NCBI GenBank assembly: GCA_964187785.1
Contig: OZ076409.1
Location: forward strand, 65,970,001 to 66,034,000
DNA from: Amphiscolops sp. MND2022
Lineage: Eukaryota
Reading direction: 5' to 3'
DNA: 64,000 bases
Every line of letters begins with the position of its first letter. Position 1 is the first letter of the stretch. The notes under the pieces are model-generated. The model did no database searches. It was not told the DNA's origin and worked only from the letters and a program-made list of their open reading frames with translations. Positions 25,801-36,816 of this stretch are shown piece after piece. Both the position numbers and the translations under genes were made by a program.

Positions 25801-28660
25801 AATGCAAGTACAAAAGGATTGGGAACGATACTTTGGCAAAAACAAAAAGACGGAAAGTTAAAACCGATCGGATTTGAAAGCGGATTTTTATCGGACACCG
25901 AAAAGAAGTACGCAATAAAGGAACTGGAATTATCAGCAGTACTGTGTGGACTGGAACATTTTCGTTTATTTATCTTTGGAAAGCCAATAGAATTACTAAC
26001 CGATCACCAAGAACTGGAACCATTAACCAGAAGGAATAGATCAAATTAAACGTAGAGTGCCAGAAGAATCAGAAAGTTGGACCGGCTAGCACACTTTGAT
26101 ATAAACATAAAGCACATCGCCGGAAAACATCTATTTTTAACAGTTTACTGGAGTAGAACTCCAATTTTAAAACCAGAGCCAATGGAAAACGATGACGAAG
26201 AATTCGTAATAAATTGCGTAATACCCCTGCTGGAGATCATTAACACGCATGGCAGCATCACCGATTAAAAGAGAATGGCGATGCAAACAGATAAAGCATA
26301 AGCGCAGGCCACAAACAACAAATCACAAACAAGAAGCGTGAACAAACTACAACTCAGCAAAAACGAACGAAACAAACATTGGCCATTGCAAATTACACAA
26401 TGTGTACACAAAGTACTAGAAACGACCGCAGAGAACAATCAAGCCATAAAAAACAAAATGGACATTGAAATCTTTGACATTGTTGAAAAAAATGATCCAT
26501 CGAACGACACCCTACGATTAACTACGAGATGGAAGGAAATAGTAAAACCAGGAGATTATCGATTTACCCAAGGACAGTGGAAAAAGTACGCCCTCTCCAG
26601 AGCGTTACGGTCAGACCAACAGCGATTCGAAGTCGAATTATGGCAGAAGAGGAATAAACTCCTGTGAAAAAGAATGGAGAGAAATAGCAAAGAAACAGAA
26701 GAACTAGAGCGACAACGCGACTTCCATAGAGTCATTGAGATGATAAGAGCCAAACAAAGGAGAGAAAACCGGGAACAAGCAACAGCGAATAACAACAGCC
26801 ACAACAAGAAACGGACATGAGAGAAGAGATAGAAACAATGTCGTCCGATTCTGACCAGACAATCGCAGTACCGCCGATCAATTTTAGAAGATACATGGGC
26901 AACCAGTGTAAGTTATATCCAAATGGGGACACCCAGTAAAGTACAAAATAACGATGAATGGGACCTGGAGGAGACAATAAGACAAAAGCAACAAAAGTTC
27001 GCAACCGACTTGAGAACAATTGCAGACGAAACCACAAACGATGGAAAAATATTAAAAACAATGGTATGCTTCGAGAGAAGAAGCTATGAACAAACACCAG
27101 AAGAATACAAAGAGTACCACAAAAACCTATCAACGCGGTTTGGTGTCGTTTTCTACGACGACAGGATAGTAACCCCAAAACCTCTCAGAAGAACAGTGAT
27201 ACTGTTACTACACAAAAGTCATCCGGCCTTCAACAAAATGACGTATGCAGCTTGACCTTCCTGGTGGCCCAAGCTAAGCAAGGACATTCAAACAAAGTGC
27301 AACGAGTGTATTCCCTGCAAATTTCAGGTAAGAGTATTAGGCCACAAATTCCGATGACAGAGATGAACTACTCACCTCCGGTAGAAAATCCAAATCAAGA
27401 AATCCAATTGGATTTCATCGGACCAAAAAGATTTAAACACCGGCGGTTCTAGATACTAATATCAATCGACCGGTATAGTAGACGGCCGGCGGCTTTGTAT
27501 TTGTGAAGCCCCTACAAGCAGTACAGCAAAAAAATTTTAGCCACAATATAACCTACTGAACGGCATCCCCCAAGTAATCAGAACGGATAAAGGTACTGCC
27601 TTTACCGGAAAAGAGTTCGGTCAAATGTGTAATAGCCTACACATCAAATTAATATATGGCACGCCATATATACATACAACCAGTGGGCTGGTGGAACGAG
27701 GAATAAAAACATTGGAAGATCTAATGAGAACAAACCTAGAAGAGAAATGCAATCTAAACTGGGCATTATACCAATCCCTATTGGTAATGCGAATGACCCT
27801 GCACTCTAAAACAAAAGAGACCCCATTCGAACGTCACTATGGCAGAAAGTCACGAACGGAATTAGCCAGCTACTTAATGTTACCAACCGATAACAAAGTT
27901 AATTTTTCAGCTCAACCGGAGACATTACAAGTCTACTCCTTTAACAACGGAAAAGGGGGATACGATCAGCTGATAATGAAAACACCGAGGAAGCTGAAAT
28001 GTGACGCGAGTAACAAATTTCCATACAAATTCTTAGAGAAAAAAAAACAAAACAAGAACAAACTTGAATGTGAATATAACACAATGTCTCAAATAGCAGT
28101 AGCTGGAACAAAACACTGAATAACCACGGACACAAATAAAATAATTCATCGAAAACTAAGTAGCAAACAATTGCCAAACTCATTTCAGAACCCATCATCA
28201 AGGAGAGGGGAAAAAAGAGAGGTAGAGATGGACGGTTTGTTCAAACGTCTATACAATCAATGGATTCAGACGAGGAGGAGACCCAAACTGAGACCGATGA
28301 AAGAAGGAAAAGCACACCAGTAAGAGATACGTCGACGGAGACAATGGAAACGAGCTTTGATTTCACAACACCCCTACAGACCGGGCGGGGCAGGAAGAAG
28401 GCAACCCGTGAAAGAACACCTGGAGAAAACAACCTGAAGCTGCACGTCGATAAAATTAACAACCAACAGCTGGAACAAGCGATTGAAGCAATAACAGAAA
28501 ATCCAACAGCAATCACCATCGTCGACAATAATGGTAACGAAAACCAAAACCAAAATAACCAAAATCAAATAAAAACTGAATTAACTGCAATACCAAACAC
28601 AAACGAAACAAAAAACAACGTTTATGATCAGAAAGTCCTGAAGAATAAGATCCAATAACC
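22810..28660 (+). pseudogene. gag-pol of element B (gag with zinc knuckles, protease, RT, RNase H, integrase), many stops and frameshifts
   Basis: CGQCGTPNWSRQHIC...CQNCKRKGHNENMC; FIIDS; SPAVITVKKD..IALDSRKLN; GFYGLAD; TNASTKGLG, ELELSAV, TDHQ; HKSHP...CNEC; TPYIHTTSGLVER. Order PR-RT-RH-IN. Confidence 0.93.
24203..24993. repeat. Three inverted tandem copies (~200 bp each) of the adjacent RT N-terminal segment
   Basis: 24204-24396, 24397-24596 and 24597-24792 are reverse complements of ~24793-24993. Confidence 0.92.
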
Positions 28661-29989
28661 CCATAATAAGATTTGGAAACCCAATAACACATTGATTTTT
28701 AAGGTAACACCGTTGAGAAAATCAACAAGCAAATCAACAACCAGTCACAGTCGGATTGAAGAAAAAACGAAGAAGGAGAGAATGCAGAAGAAACATCGAT
28801 AGAACTGAATCGGTCGAAACAAGCGTGATCACCACGCAGCCCAAAGTTTAACGGATTCTTTATCAACACTTGAGTTGATATAACCATTTATGTTTACACA
28901 TGTAATTCGATTTGCGTAGTTGCTGACTTATACATTTATCATTTATACACATGTAACTGTACATGGTATCCATCATAATTGATTAGGAGCTAACCCTAAC
29001 GGGGGGGACATGTGGAGTGGGACGTAGTTGTAGGTCAAAAGGTATTGTAATGTTACATAATCTTTTGACTTTTTTATAGCATATTACGTAACATACCTGC
29101 CATACATTTGATGCCAATTTCAGTAGTATATACTGACACTATTAACGTATAACTTACTACAATACAGTATTGCATTCCCTATTCTTTTGTTATCTACAAA
29201 TACAACAGTAACTTTGCGGGAGGGAAAATGTCATTTTTTGCAACGAAGACAGAACAAAAAGAGAAGAACTCTATTCCTCTCGTGCTTTTTAATAAAATTA
29301 TTTGGATCAAAACTCAGATAAAGTTCGAACACAAAGTAACAAATTTTATGACGAGTCCCCCCAGACAAACAAGAGTCTGAATAATTCACCCTTTATGTTG
29401 ATATATTACGAATAATTACAGATCACGTAAAATTGTAAGTGTGAAATTTATGACAGAATTTTCCTGTTATTCCGAAACTCAGGAAAAAGATTCCACCCAC
29501 GGAACCGTGGTATCAAAAATTTTTGAGGCTAATTGACACTATCATGCGTTACTATTCCCGCCTTTTTCATTATGCGTCTAAGATAACAAAAAATCTCTCC
29601 TAATTTTACAACTGAGATATGCGGTTTGCGAAAAACTCTAGGGAAAGTATATGATTTGGGAATAAAGAGGTAGATATAAAAATAGTATTTGGCACCAAGA
29701 CAGCTAGGATGAGTGAAAGTGCTTTTGTGATCTTTGGATCTTTGGATCTTTGGACCTTTGGATTTTCGTACACAAAAAATAGGTTTGTTTCTATTAAACA
29801 AAATGCTCGGAATAATAAACATCACTTAGTTTCTCATTTACCAGACCCTAGGTAATTTTCTAATTACGCGAGGTGTTCACGTAATCAGAAAGTTTAAAGT
29901 GGGTATGATAAAGCTTTGTAAACGGCTATTCAAAAAACCTTGAGAGAAATCTACTGCAGCATTAATCTAGACTTCTCGAACTTTCTTCT

Positions 29990-30223
29990 AGTTATTTCTG
30001 GAACTTTATCGATGCGATTAAGATTATCCCGAATTTGACTCGGTTTTTCAATATTCACATTACTCCATAGGAGATTGAAGAAGGACCATTCATAAGAAAT
30101 CAATAGCTATTGATTTTTTATGTATGCTCCTTCTTCAATCTTCTATGGTGTAACGTGAATATTGAAAAACCGCGTCAAATTCGGGATAATCTTAATCGCA
30201 TCGATAAAGTTCCAGAAATAACT
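29990..30223. repeat. Spacerless imperfect palindrome with ~117-bp arms
   Basis: AGTTATTTCTGGAACTTTATCGATGCGATTAAG... pairs with ...CTTAATCGCATCGATAAAGTTCCAGAAATAACT; centre AATCAATAGCTATTGATT. Confidence 0.93.
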
Positions 30224-31459
30224 GATTGCCGTAAAGAAGTTTTTCTATACTGCAGAACGGAGTTTTACTTTTTTCCAAATTTGTTCAGCAGAATTTGAAT
30301 TTGTAGAATATTTGTGAAAAGTTTCTGAGATAGAAAATGAACTGTTTTTTTTTTAAATTGTATGTTATTCCAATAATTTTCACTTTATGCCAAAAGAGTC
30401 ATTTTTCTGTTGTGATGTCACAATGTTATCAATACTTTTTGCTGAACAGCCCTGTGAATTGCTGTAATTTATCAGAATAAACATAAACTCACACTTAAGA
30501 GAATTAAATTTGAATAAACCAAATAAAAGGATAAATTTGTCATCACTGCTAAAACTGTTTTTTTTTTAAAAAAAAAATCAAATTCCATGACATTTGAGCA
30601 GTTTTCTGGAAAAAAGACTATTCCAGAAATGTAGTGGATAATTGTACTATAGGGTAACAAAAAGAGATAATTGGTGAGTCGACTTTGCAAAGCAAGACAC
30701 GCAAAATGAACTGAAAATTATACAATGTTTTCGTCTGAGAACAAAATCAGAGAGCCCGAGCCCTTGTCTCGTTTGGTCTTTGATGAGAAAGATGATTGAA
30801 TTAGAAGAACAAACTCACAAACTCTCTAATTGCAGAAATCAAGCAAATGTTCACACTCACGTAACTTCTTTTGGACTAATTAGCGGTTGGGTGTCAATTA
30901 CTGCGACCGAACATTTTCCTGTCTTTGCAACATCAGAAGGTGAAAAGTATTGTCAGGAAACTTGAAGTCTGAATAGATTAGTCTTTCCCATTTAAAATTT
31001 GTAATGTAGCGAAACGTTTTCAGTTGAACTCCATTTCAATCAAACCTAATTAAATTGCTGAGTCATTGCTTCTTTGGAAGAGTCTTCAGCGATGTCTTTA
31101 AATTTGCGATCAAAAATCAGCAAGGCTGTAATAGATTCGCAACTGCTCATTAATATTCAAATATTCATAGAAAATTTAGGATGTAAGCATATTGCATGAA
31201 TAGTGGTAATTACAAAAATTGAAGTAGCGGCTGGCGTCGCATACTGCGAATACATGGCTGCATTTTAGACAGCCCTGTCATAACATCCGGAAAAAGCTAC
31301 ATGACATGCCAACAAACATGTCGGAAAATGCATGAACCACAGTAACATGCGGAAATGGCTTACCGCTGTTACAGGGCGCTAGATTCTTAAGAATACCTTT
31401 GAGAATAAGCATGTATGCACGGTCTGGCCTCCATAGAAAAACCTGCAGACCATACAGTG

Positions 31460-31760
31460 CGTAACGGCAAGTTGTAATGTGGCTTAACTCAGTTACAAGA
31501 GTGGGAGGAACATAAAGGTATGGGGCTTTGTTGCACGGGACGGACTCCCATCTACGAGTGGGCCCATTGTTTTTCCCTAAGGTGAAGGGTGTCCCGTGGG
31601 GAGGGGGTTCCGCTTTGTGAGCATATCTTCCGACATGACCCAATATGTAACTCTTGATAGTCACGGGCATTTTGCCTTCCCAGAACCTCCGCTCTAATAG
31701 CTTATAAAAACAGTGCCAAGGAAATAATTCTACTTGCAAGGATAAATAGCCTAAGTTCTA
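31460..31760 (-). mobile_element. Partial LTR related to the solo LTR at 33518
   Basis: Terminus CGTAACGGCAAG matches TGTAACGGCAAG; the translated segment aligns with 34026-34247. The other end was not found. Confidence 0.6.
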
Positions 31761-32290
31761 AATCGTAAATAGTAGTTCACGAGCTCAACAATACATGCAT
31801 TAACGATGATAATCAATACAAAATACATTACAATGTCAGACCACACAGCTAAAAGCTTGGGCTCCGAGTACCAAACAAAAATCAAGCGAAAAGACTCATT
31901 TTGCAAATTTCGCTACTTAAGATAGCGTTATCTAAGTAAGGGTTTTAAATTTTTTGCCCGCTAAAAAGACTTTGAAGTCAACTTTTTTTACAAATCCAAA
32001 AAACTATAAAGTTGAAAAGGTGATGAGACAACCAAATGAGCCAAGAAATGATTTTCATTAACTTTTTACAGGATGTATTTATAATAGAGATATAACATAC
32101 TTAGATTATACTTCAAGATGACAATCGGAGGCCTGGTAAAAATTGTTTGTATGAAGTAAGTTTGAAGTCATGGCAATGAAAAATCTAAGAATTTTTCTAC
32201 TGACACTTTACAAACAAGCTTTGTGTCAAATTCAATTTATTTGATTTTATGAGCTTTCTTCAGAAGCATTTAAATTGTCACATGAGGTTG

Positions 32291-32488
32291 CCCAGTGTGA
32301 AATGTGAAATCGAACTTTTCGCCTCTTGAATTTCTTGATAAGAATATTGGCAAAAACATTGTCAAGAATTTCAGGATTTTTTCACGGTCCATGATAATTC
32401 AAGATCTTATCTATGGTTTCAAGAAGTAAAGGGAATCTGCAAGAAAATCTAGGATCTTGGCAAGAGTTTCAAGATATTTTACACTGGG
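32291..32488. mobile_element. MITE, EnSpm/CACTA-type (CCCAG termini)
   Basis: TIR CCCAGTGTGAAAT / ATTTTACACTGGG, 2-bp TSD TG, internal TCTTG/CAAGA motifs. Confidence 0.75.
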
Positions 32489-33517
32489 TGGAAACACTCC
32501 ACTTGGACATACCTGTTGACTAAACTCCTTTTCTTTTATTAAAAAAAGTCATCGTACAACCGATGACATCAATGTTACTGAAATCAATAACCTGAAGTCA
32601 AAATTATTTCCCGACAAAAACTAAAAGGAAAATGTACAAAGTTTTACTAACCTTTTTCAGAATGAATTGCATTCTGTTTATATTTTCTTACTTTTTAGAC
32701 CGTAAGGGCAAGTAAAAGACAGGCTTTTACTTTGTTAGTGTATAGACAAGAGCCGCCATTGGTTATTCTAGGATCGGGGCTGATAACAATGATGAACAGC
32801 TCTCTAACGTAGTAGAGCTTGTCTGGAGGATGAAAAAAGCGATAACTGGTTGTTAACAGGTATTTCACGCCAGTATTTCAAACATGTGACATTTCATGCA
32901 AGCCTGGCTGCCACAGCAAGAATAGAAATTGATTTCATGTAAACATTAATCTGGGCTAAGATAATGGGCTGGACGGGAAATTTATTAATCTCCTTCATTG
33001 TTTATCCACAATTGCAAACATTTTCAGGTGCACCAAATGCAAATAAAGCAGTCCTGTTCCTGCTAACAAGGAGGTTCTAGCGGCCCAAGGAAATCCCGAA
33101 GTATTCCCAAATTGACACAAAATAACCAAGTTGTAGAATTCCTCAAAAGCGGATTTCAGAAATTGAACTTTCAAGTCGAAGAAGTTATTTTAATTACATT
33201 TCCTGGAAGTTGAAAAGGACGAATAATGCTCGAAAAGCCCAAATTACATCAATCTTGCAACTTAGATTTACGCTACTGATGTAAAATGATCCATTGCGTC
33301 ACTTTGGTTAAAAATTCCGCATTTCGGTATCTCCTCGGAAAAGAGGAGAAATTTTCACCATGTTATGTTCGTTTGGCTTCTGTTTTTCTCTGTCTGCTAA
33401 AATTTCCTGTTACCACATATCAACTTAGTCATAAAGGTCGTGTCCGAAAACAAGTATCTTTAACTTTTCGATACCCTAGTGTATAGACCATGACTCAAAA
33501 ATGCTTGAGCTAAATTT

Positions 33518-34247
33518 TGTAACGGCAAGCTCTGGTACAGCAATATCAACCGACATATTTAGAAATTTTGTCAAAAATTCGTTCAAATTTGACGTGGCAC
33601 TCAAACATGCTCAAGACGAAGTACCTGCCAGAAAAAGCACCCCAGAAAAGCAGAAATCGCCGCTCGCGACGAACAAGCACCGGAGACGACTAAAAAGACG
33701 TCCCCAACGCATACAGAACACGGTATTGTGTCCATCTCTAGGAGATATCCATTACCACGGTAGAGAAAACCAGTGTTCCAGATGTTCGCCTGAGTGTCCC
33801 TGCGGTATCCTGTGTGGCAACTAGCGCTAGCGCTGGGAAGCTGAGGTCAATTTCTATCAAATGACTCTGAACTCTTGATTTCTTGTGGTATTTTTCGATG
33901 TGATAAATTAATGTGCTCGAGAGCTGTGATTTAACATCTGTTTGTCCAATTTGGCGATTTTTATCAGATTCTCCAATATTACGGTTCAACCTTCATCGAT
34001 TTTCAGCCCGATTTTTAAAGGTTAGTTGAGCAGTGGTCTTGAGTCTTGCAAGATGCCTGTTACTTTTAGCAGTTACAGACTAGGACCAGGCCAGAGAGTG
34101 TCCTTCAAGACGGTTCCCCCACCTTGGGACTGGCTCCTTCGGAGGGAAAATGAGCTAGAGCCGCGGAGATTTAGGTCCCAGATTATATTCGCTGTTCTAG
34201 TTCCTCCACTCTACGTTGCTGTTCAAGCGCCAGCGCTTATCGTTACA
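33518..34247 (+). mobile_element. Solo LTR (~730 bp)
   Basis: TGTAACGGCAAGCTCTGG ... CCAGCGCTTATCGTTACA (18-bp imperfect terminal inverted repeat), flanks ATTT/TTTT; same termini and length as the LTRs of C and D. Confidence 0.75.
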
Positions 34248-35094
34248 TTTTGCTAACCAAATACCTTGTATGCTACTTTTATTGCAATTTAAAAAACCGA
34301 ATTCAGTATAAACTTCATGTCCACTCGTTTCAAAAGACAGTGCTCGTCACATAATTATCATAATTAAGGTCCCGTAAGATTTGAAAATTTATGAAAATGG
34401 AATTCTAACTGAAAAGTGTATCGGGGTAAAATGGAATTTATTTTGATTGACAGAACTTTCGGGTGGTACCAATTCATGAAATATAATGAATAAAAGGTCC
34501 AGCGAATGGAAGCTTTGGTCATTAAGGTCAAAATTAACGACATCAGCTGTCAAACGCAGTCACTTGTCAGAAACAGCTTATTGCTAAAACGAGCAACTAG
34601 TAAGACTAGCCAAGAACACCCCATAATTGGCGGGTAGTCTTATCGGAAGAAATATCGGTTTTATCATATGACAAATTTGTGTTTGAAAACTACAAGTGAC
34701 AACACAGTGTTTAAATGCCTGAAATTTAATAAGAATTGAGAATTAATAAGAATCTTGTCGAGTGTCAAAATACTATCCGCAGTGTCAAAAATAAACAATT
34801 GGTTCCACAAGGTCGAAAAATGAATTTTTACAAGCATAGTCAATAAATAAGCTCTCATTGGCAGAGCATCCACTCATCCCAGAGGGCAAATTTCTAATGC
34901 CGACGGCGTGCTCTTCGCCGCAGTGGGACGACCCCCGCCAAGATCTTCACAAAAGTTTCAAGAGAAAAGCTGACAACTATGAATGAAAATAAACAAAAAC
35001 GGTAACAACCGCGACTTGACCCGCGTACCTATATACCGAAGCCATTCTCACTACCAACCAATTTATCACACCTTGAATTTTGATGCTTTCTCAA

Positions 35095-35300
35095 CGAATT
35101 TTTGCAGAACATTGCAGATACGTTCAGATTCGAAGAAAAAATGACCTATTCAGAAACAAAAAAACCTCATATAGTTGTCGAACGAATAAAAAAAAACGTT
35201 TAGAACTGGCGAGAAATCTCATCTATGTCAAAGAGCAGAAAAATTACAGATCGGCAGAGAAGTTTACAGACCTACCCTGCAGACCTATCGAAAATCCTGA
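35095..35300 (+). repeat. Fragment related to the MITE at 45890-46710
   Basis: GAAGAAAAAATGACCTATTCAGAAAC...AACGAATAA...GAAATCTCAT matches ~45958-46050. Confidence 0.65.
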
Positions 35301-36437
35301 ATGCTGGATACGTTGCCTTGAAATGCACATTCCACGTCTTGTAACACTGTGATCGAAGTGAATTTTTGAAATTGCCTAATTTTACAGTCTAATTTTTTTC
35401 TACTACGTTTGATTGTTTTCTAAATTAAAACATATCAGGAACCTCAATAAAATCGGGAGTCGATTGAACATAAAATTTCTCAAAAGTTTTGAGCAAAAGA
35501 AGATCAAAAATGAGAAAAACTTCAATTTTGATTTAAATTTGGTTGAAAATGACTTATCGTATCTTTTGTAATTCTCATCGCATAATTTTCAAACAACCAT
35601 TTTTGTAAACAAGATAAAAATCTTAGAAAATTTTCCAACTATCTTTTTTCAAAAATTACTGCCGTTCGTTAGATATTCAAATTTGAGATATTCAAATTTG
35701 AGACTTCCTTCTAATTTTTCGTCCTAATTGCAAAATTCAAAAATTTGATTGGCAGCGATGCAATATCAAAAACTCTAAATGAATCGTTAAACTATTCGAA
35801 GAGTAACAATGCCTTCGGCAGTCAAGGAAAAATGTAAACAACTAGAGTTAAAATCAGAAATTTGCAAAAATTAGGTGTCAGGACAAAATAACACTAGACA
35901 AATGACTTGCTTGATCTAAAAACCACGGGCCCGTGTTAATGCTTCGACGTCTGATATTTTGACCGAATATATGAACGAAGTTGGTTGAGCAGGAGCGATT
36001 TAGGATCTGCCATTCAATCGAACATGTCCTAGTTTCTACCTCAAATCTAAATTGTTACTAATGTCTTTTCCTATCCACGTAAAGAAAGAGTAAAACAATT
36101 CAGAAAGCATTCCAATTAACTCGAGACACTTTCTCAAGAATGAGGTCAAAGAATTTATATTTTTACCCAAAGGGGCCAATCTGGGTAACCTGTGTCAATT
36201 ATTGCGACTTCTTGTCCATATTGCGACCGCATGAAATTTAAGGCAGATACTTCTACTAGACAGATAAATCCTCTCTAGGCCTGCTGGCAACTTATTAGAA
36301 GAGACCAATTTTACTCTTGGTCTAAGATAATGGCTATTAAGACCTGAGGCTCTGTTTTTAACAATATTGGGAATTAGGACTATATGAAGATGGTGAAAAA
36401 GTCAATATATGTTTTTTATTCAGTGTTGATGAAAATA

Positions 36438-36816
36438 GAAAGAAAGAAAGTTTATTTCCCTAATTTCGCGGGGTGGACGCCGAGTAAGCAGTTCGGCTTT
36501 TCTAAGCCGGCGCCTTTTTGGATACTTTGTAAGCTGCGGTACTTTATCCGCAGCCAAGTGGTCAAGAATTGGTTGGCTTGAAGCTGTGGTTTCATAGTGA
36601 CTTACTCAAGGTCACAAAGGTCTGACTGCTCACCATTGCTCTTATTCTTTTTGCTTTTCTCCGCCAATTTTTTAAATATTTTTTTGTCTTTGACCGTACC
36701 ACTAAGCTAAGGATGAAAAATTTGCTTAAGGCCCAACAATGGTGAGTTGAGAGACATTCGAGCCTGATACGGCCCCAGTACAGGCCGAATGCTCTAACCA
36801 CTACACCATGCGCCCC
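36438..36816 (-). mobile_element. tRNA-derived SINE, second copy, with (TTTC)n tail
   Basis: Colinear with 7868-8283 along its whole length; A and B boxes slightly mutated. Confidence 0.88.

Larger units (their letters stand above)
22600..29207 (+). mobile_element. Full-length Ty3/Gypsy (Mag-like) LTR retrotransposon B
   Basis: 197-bp LTRs at 22600-22796 and 29011-29207 (about 15 mismatches by eye), exact 5-bp TSD GTAAC, PBS TGGCGCAGTC at 22797, G-rich PPT at 29001. Confidence 0.97.
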
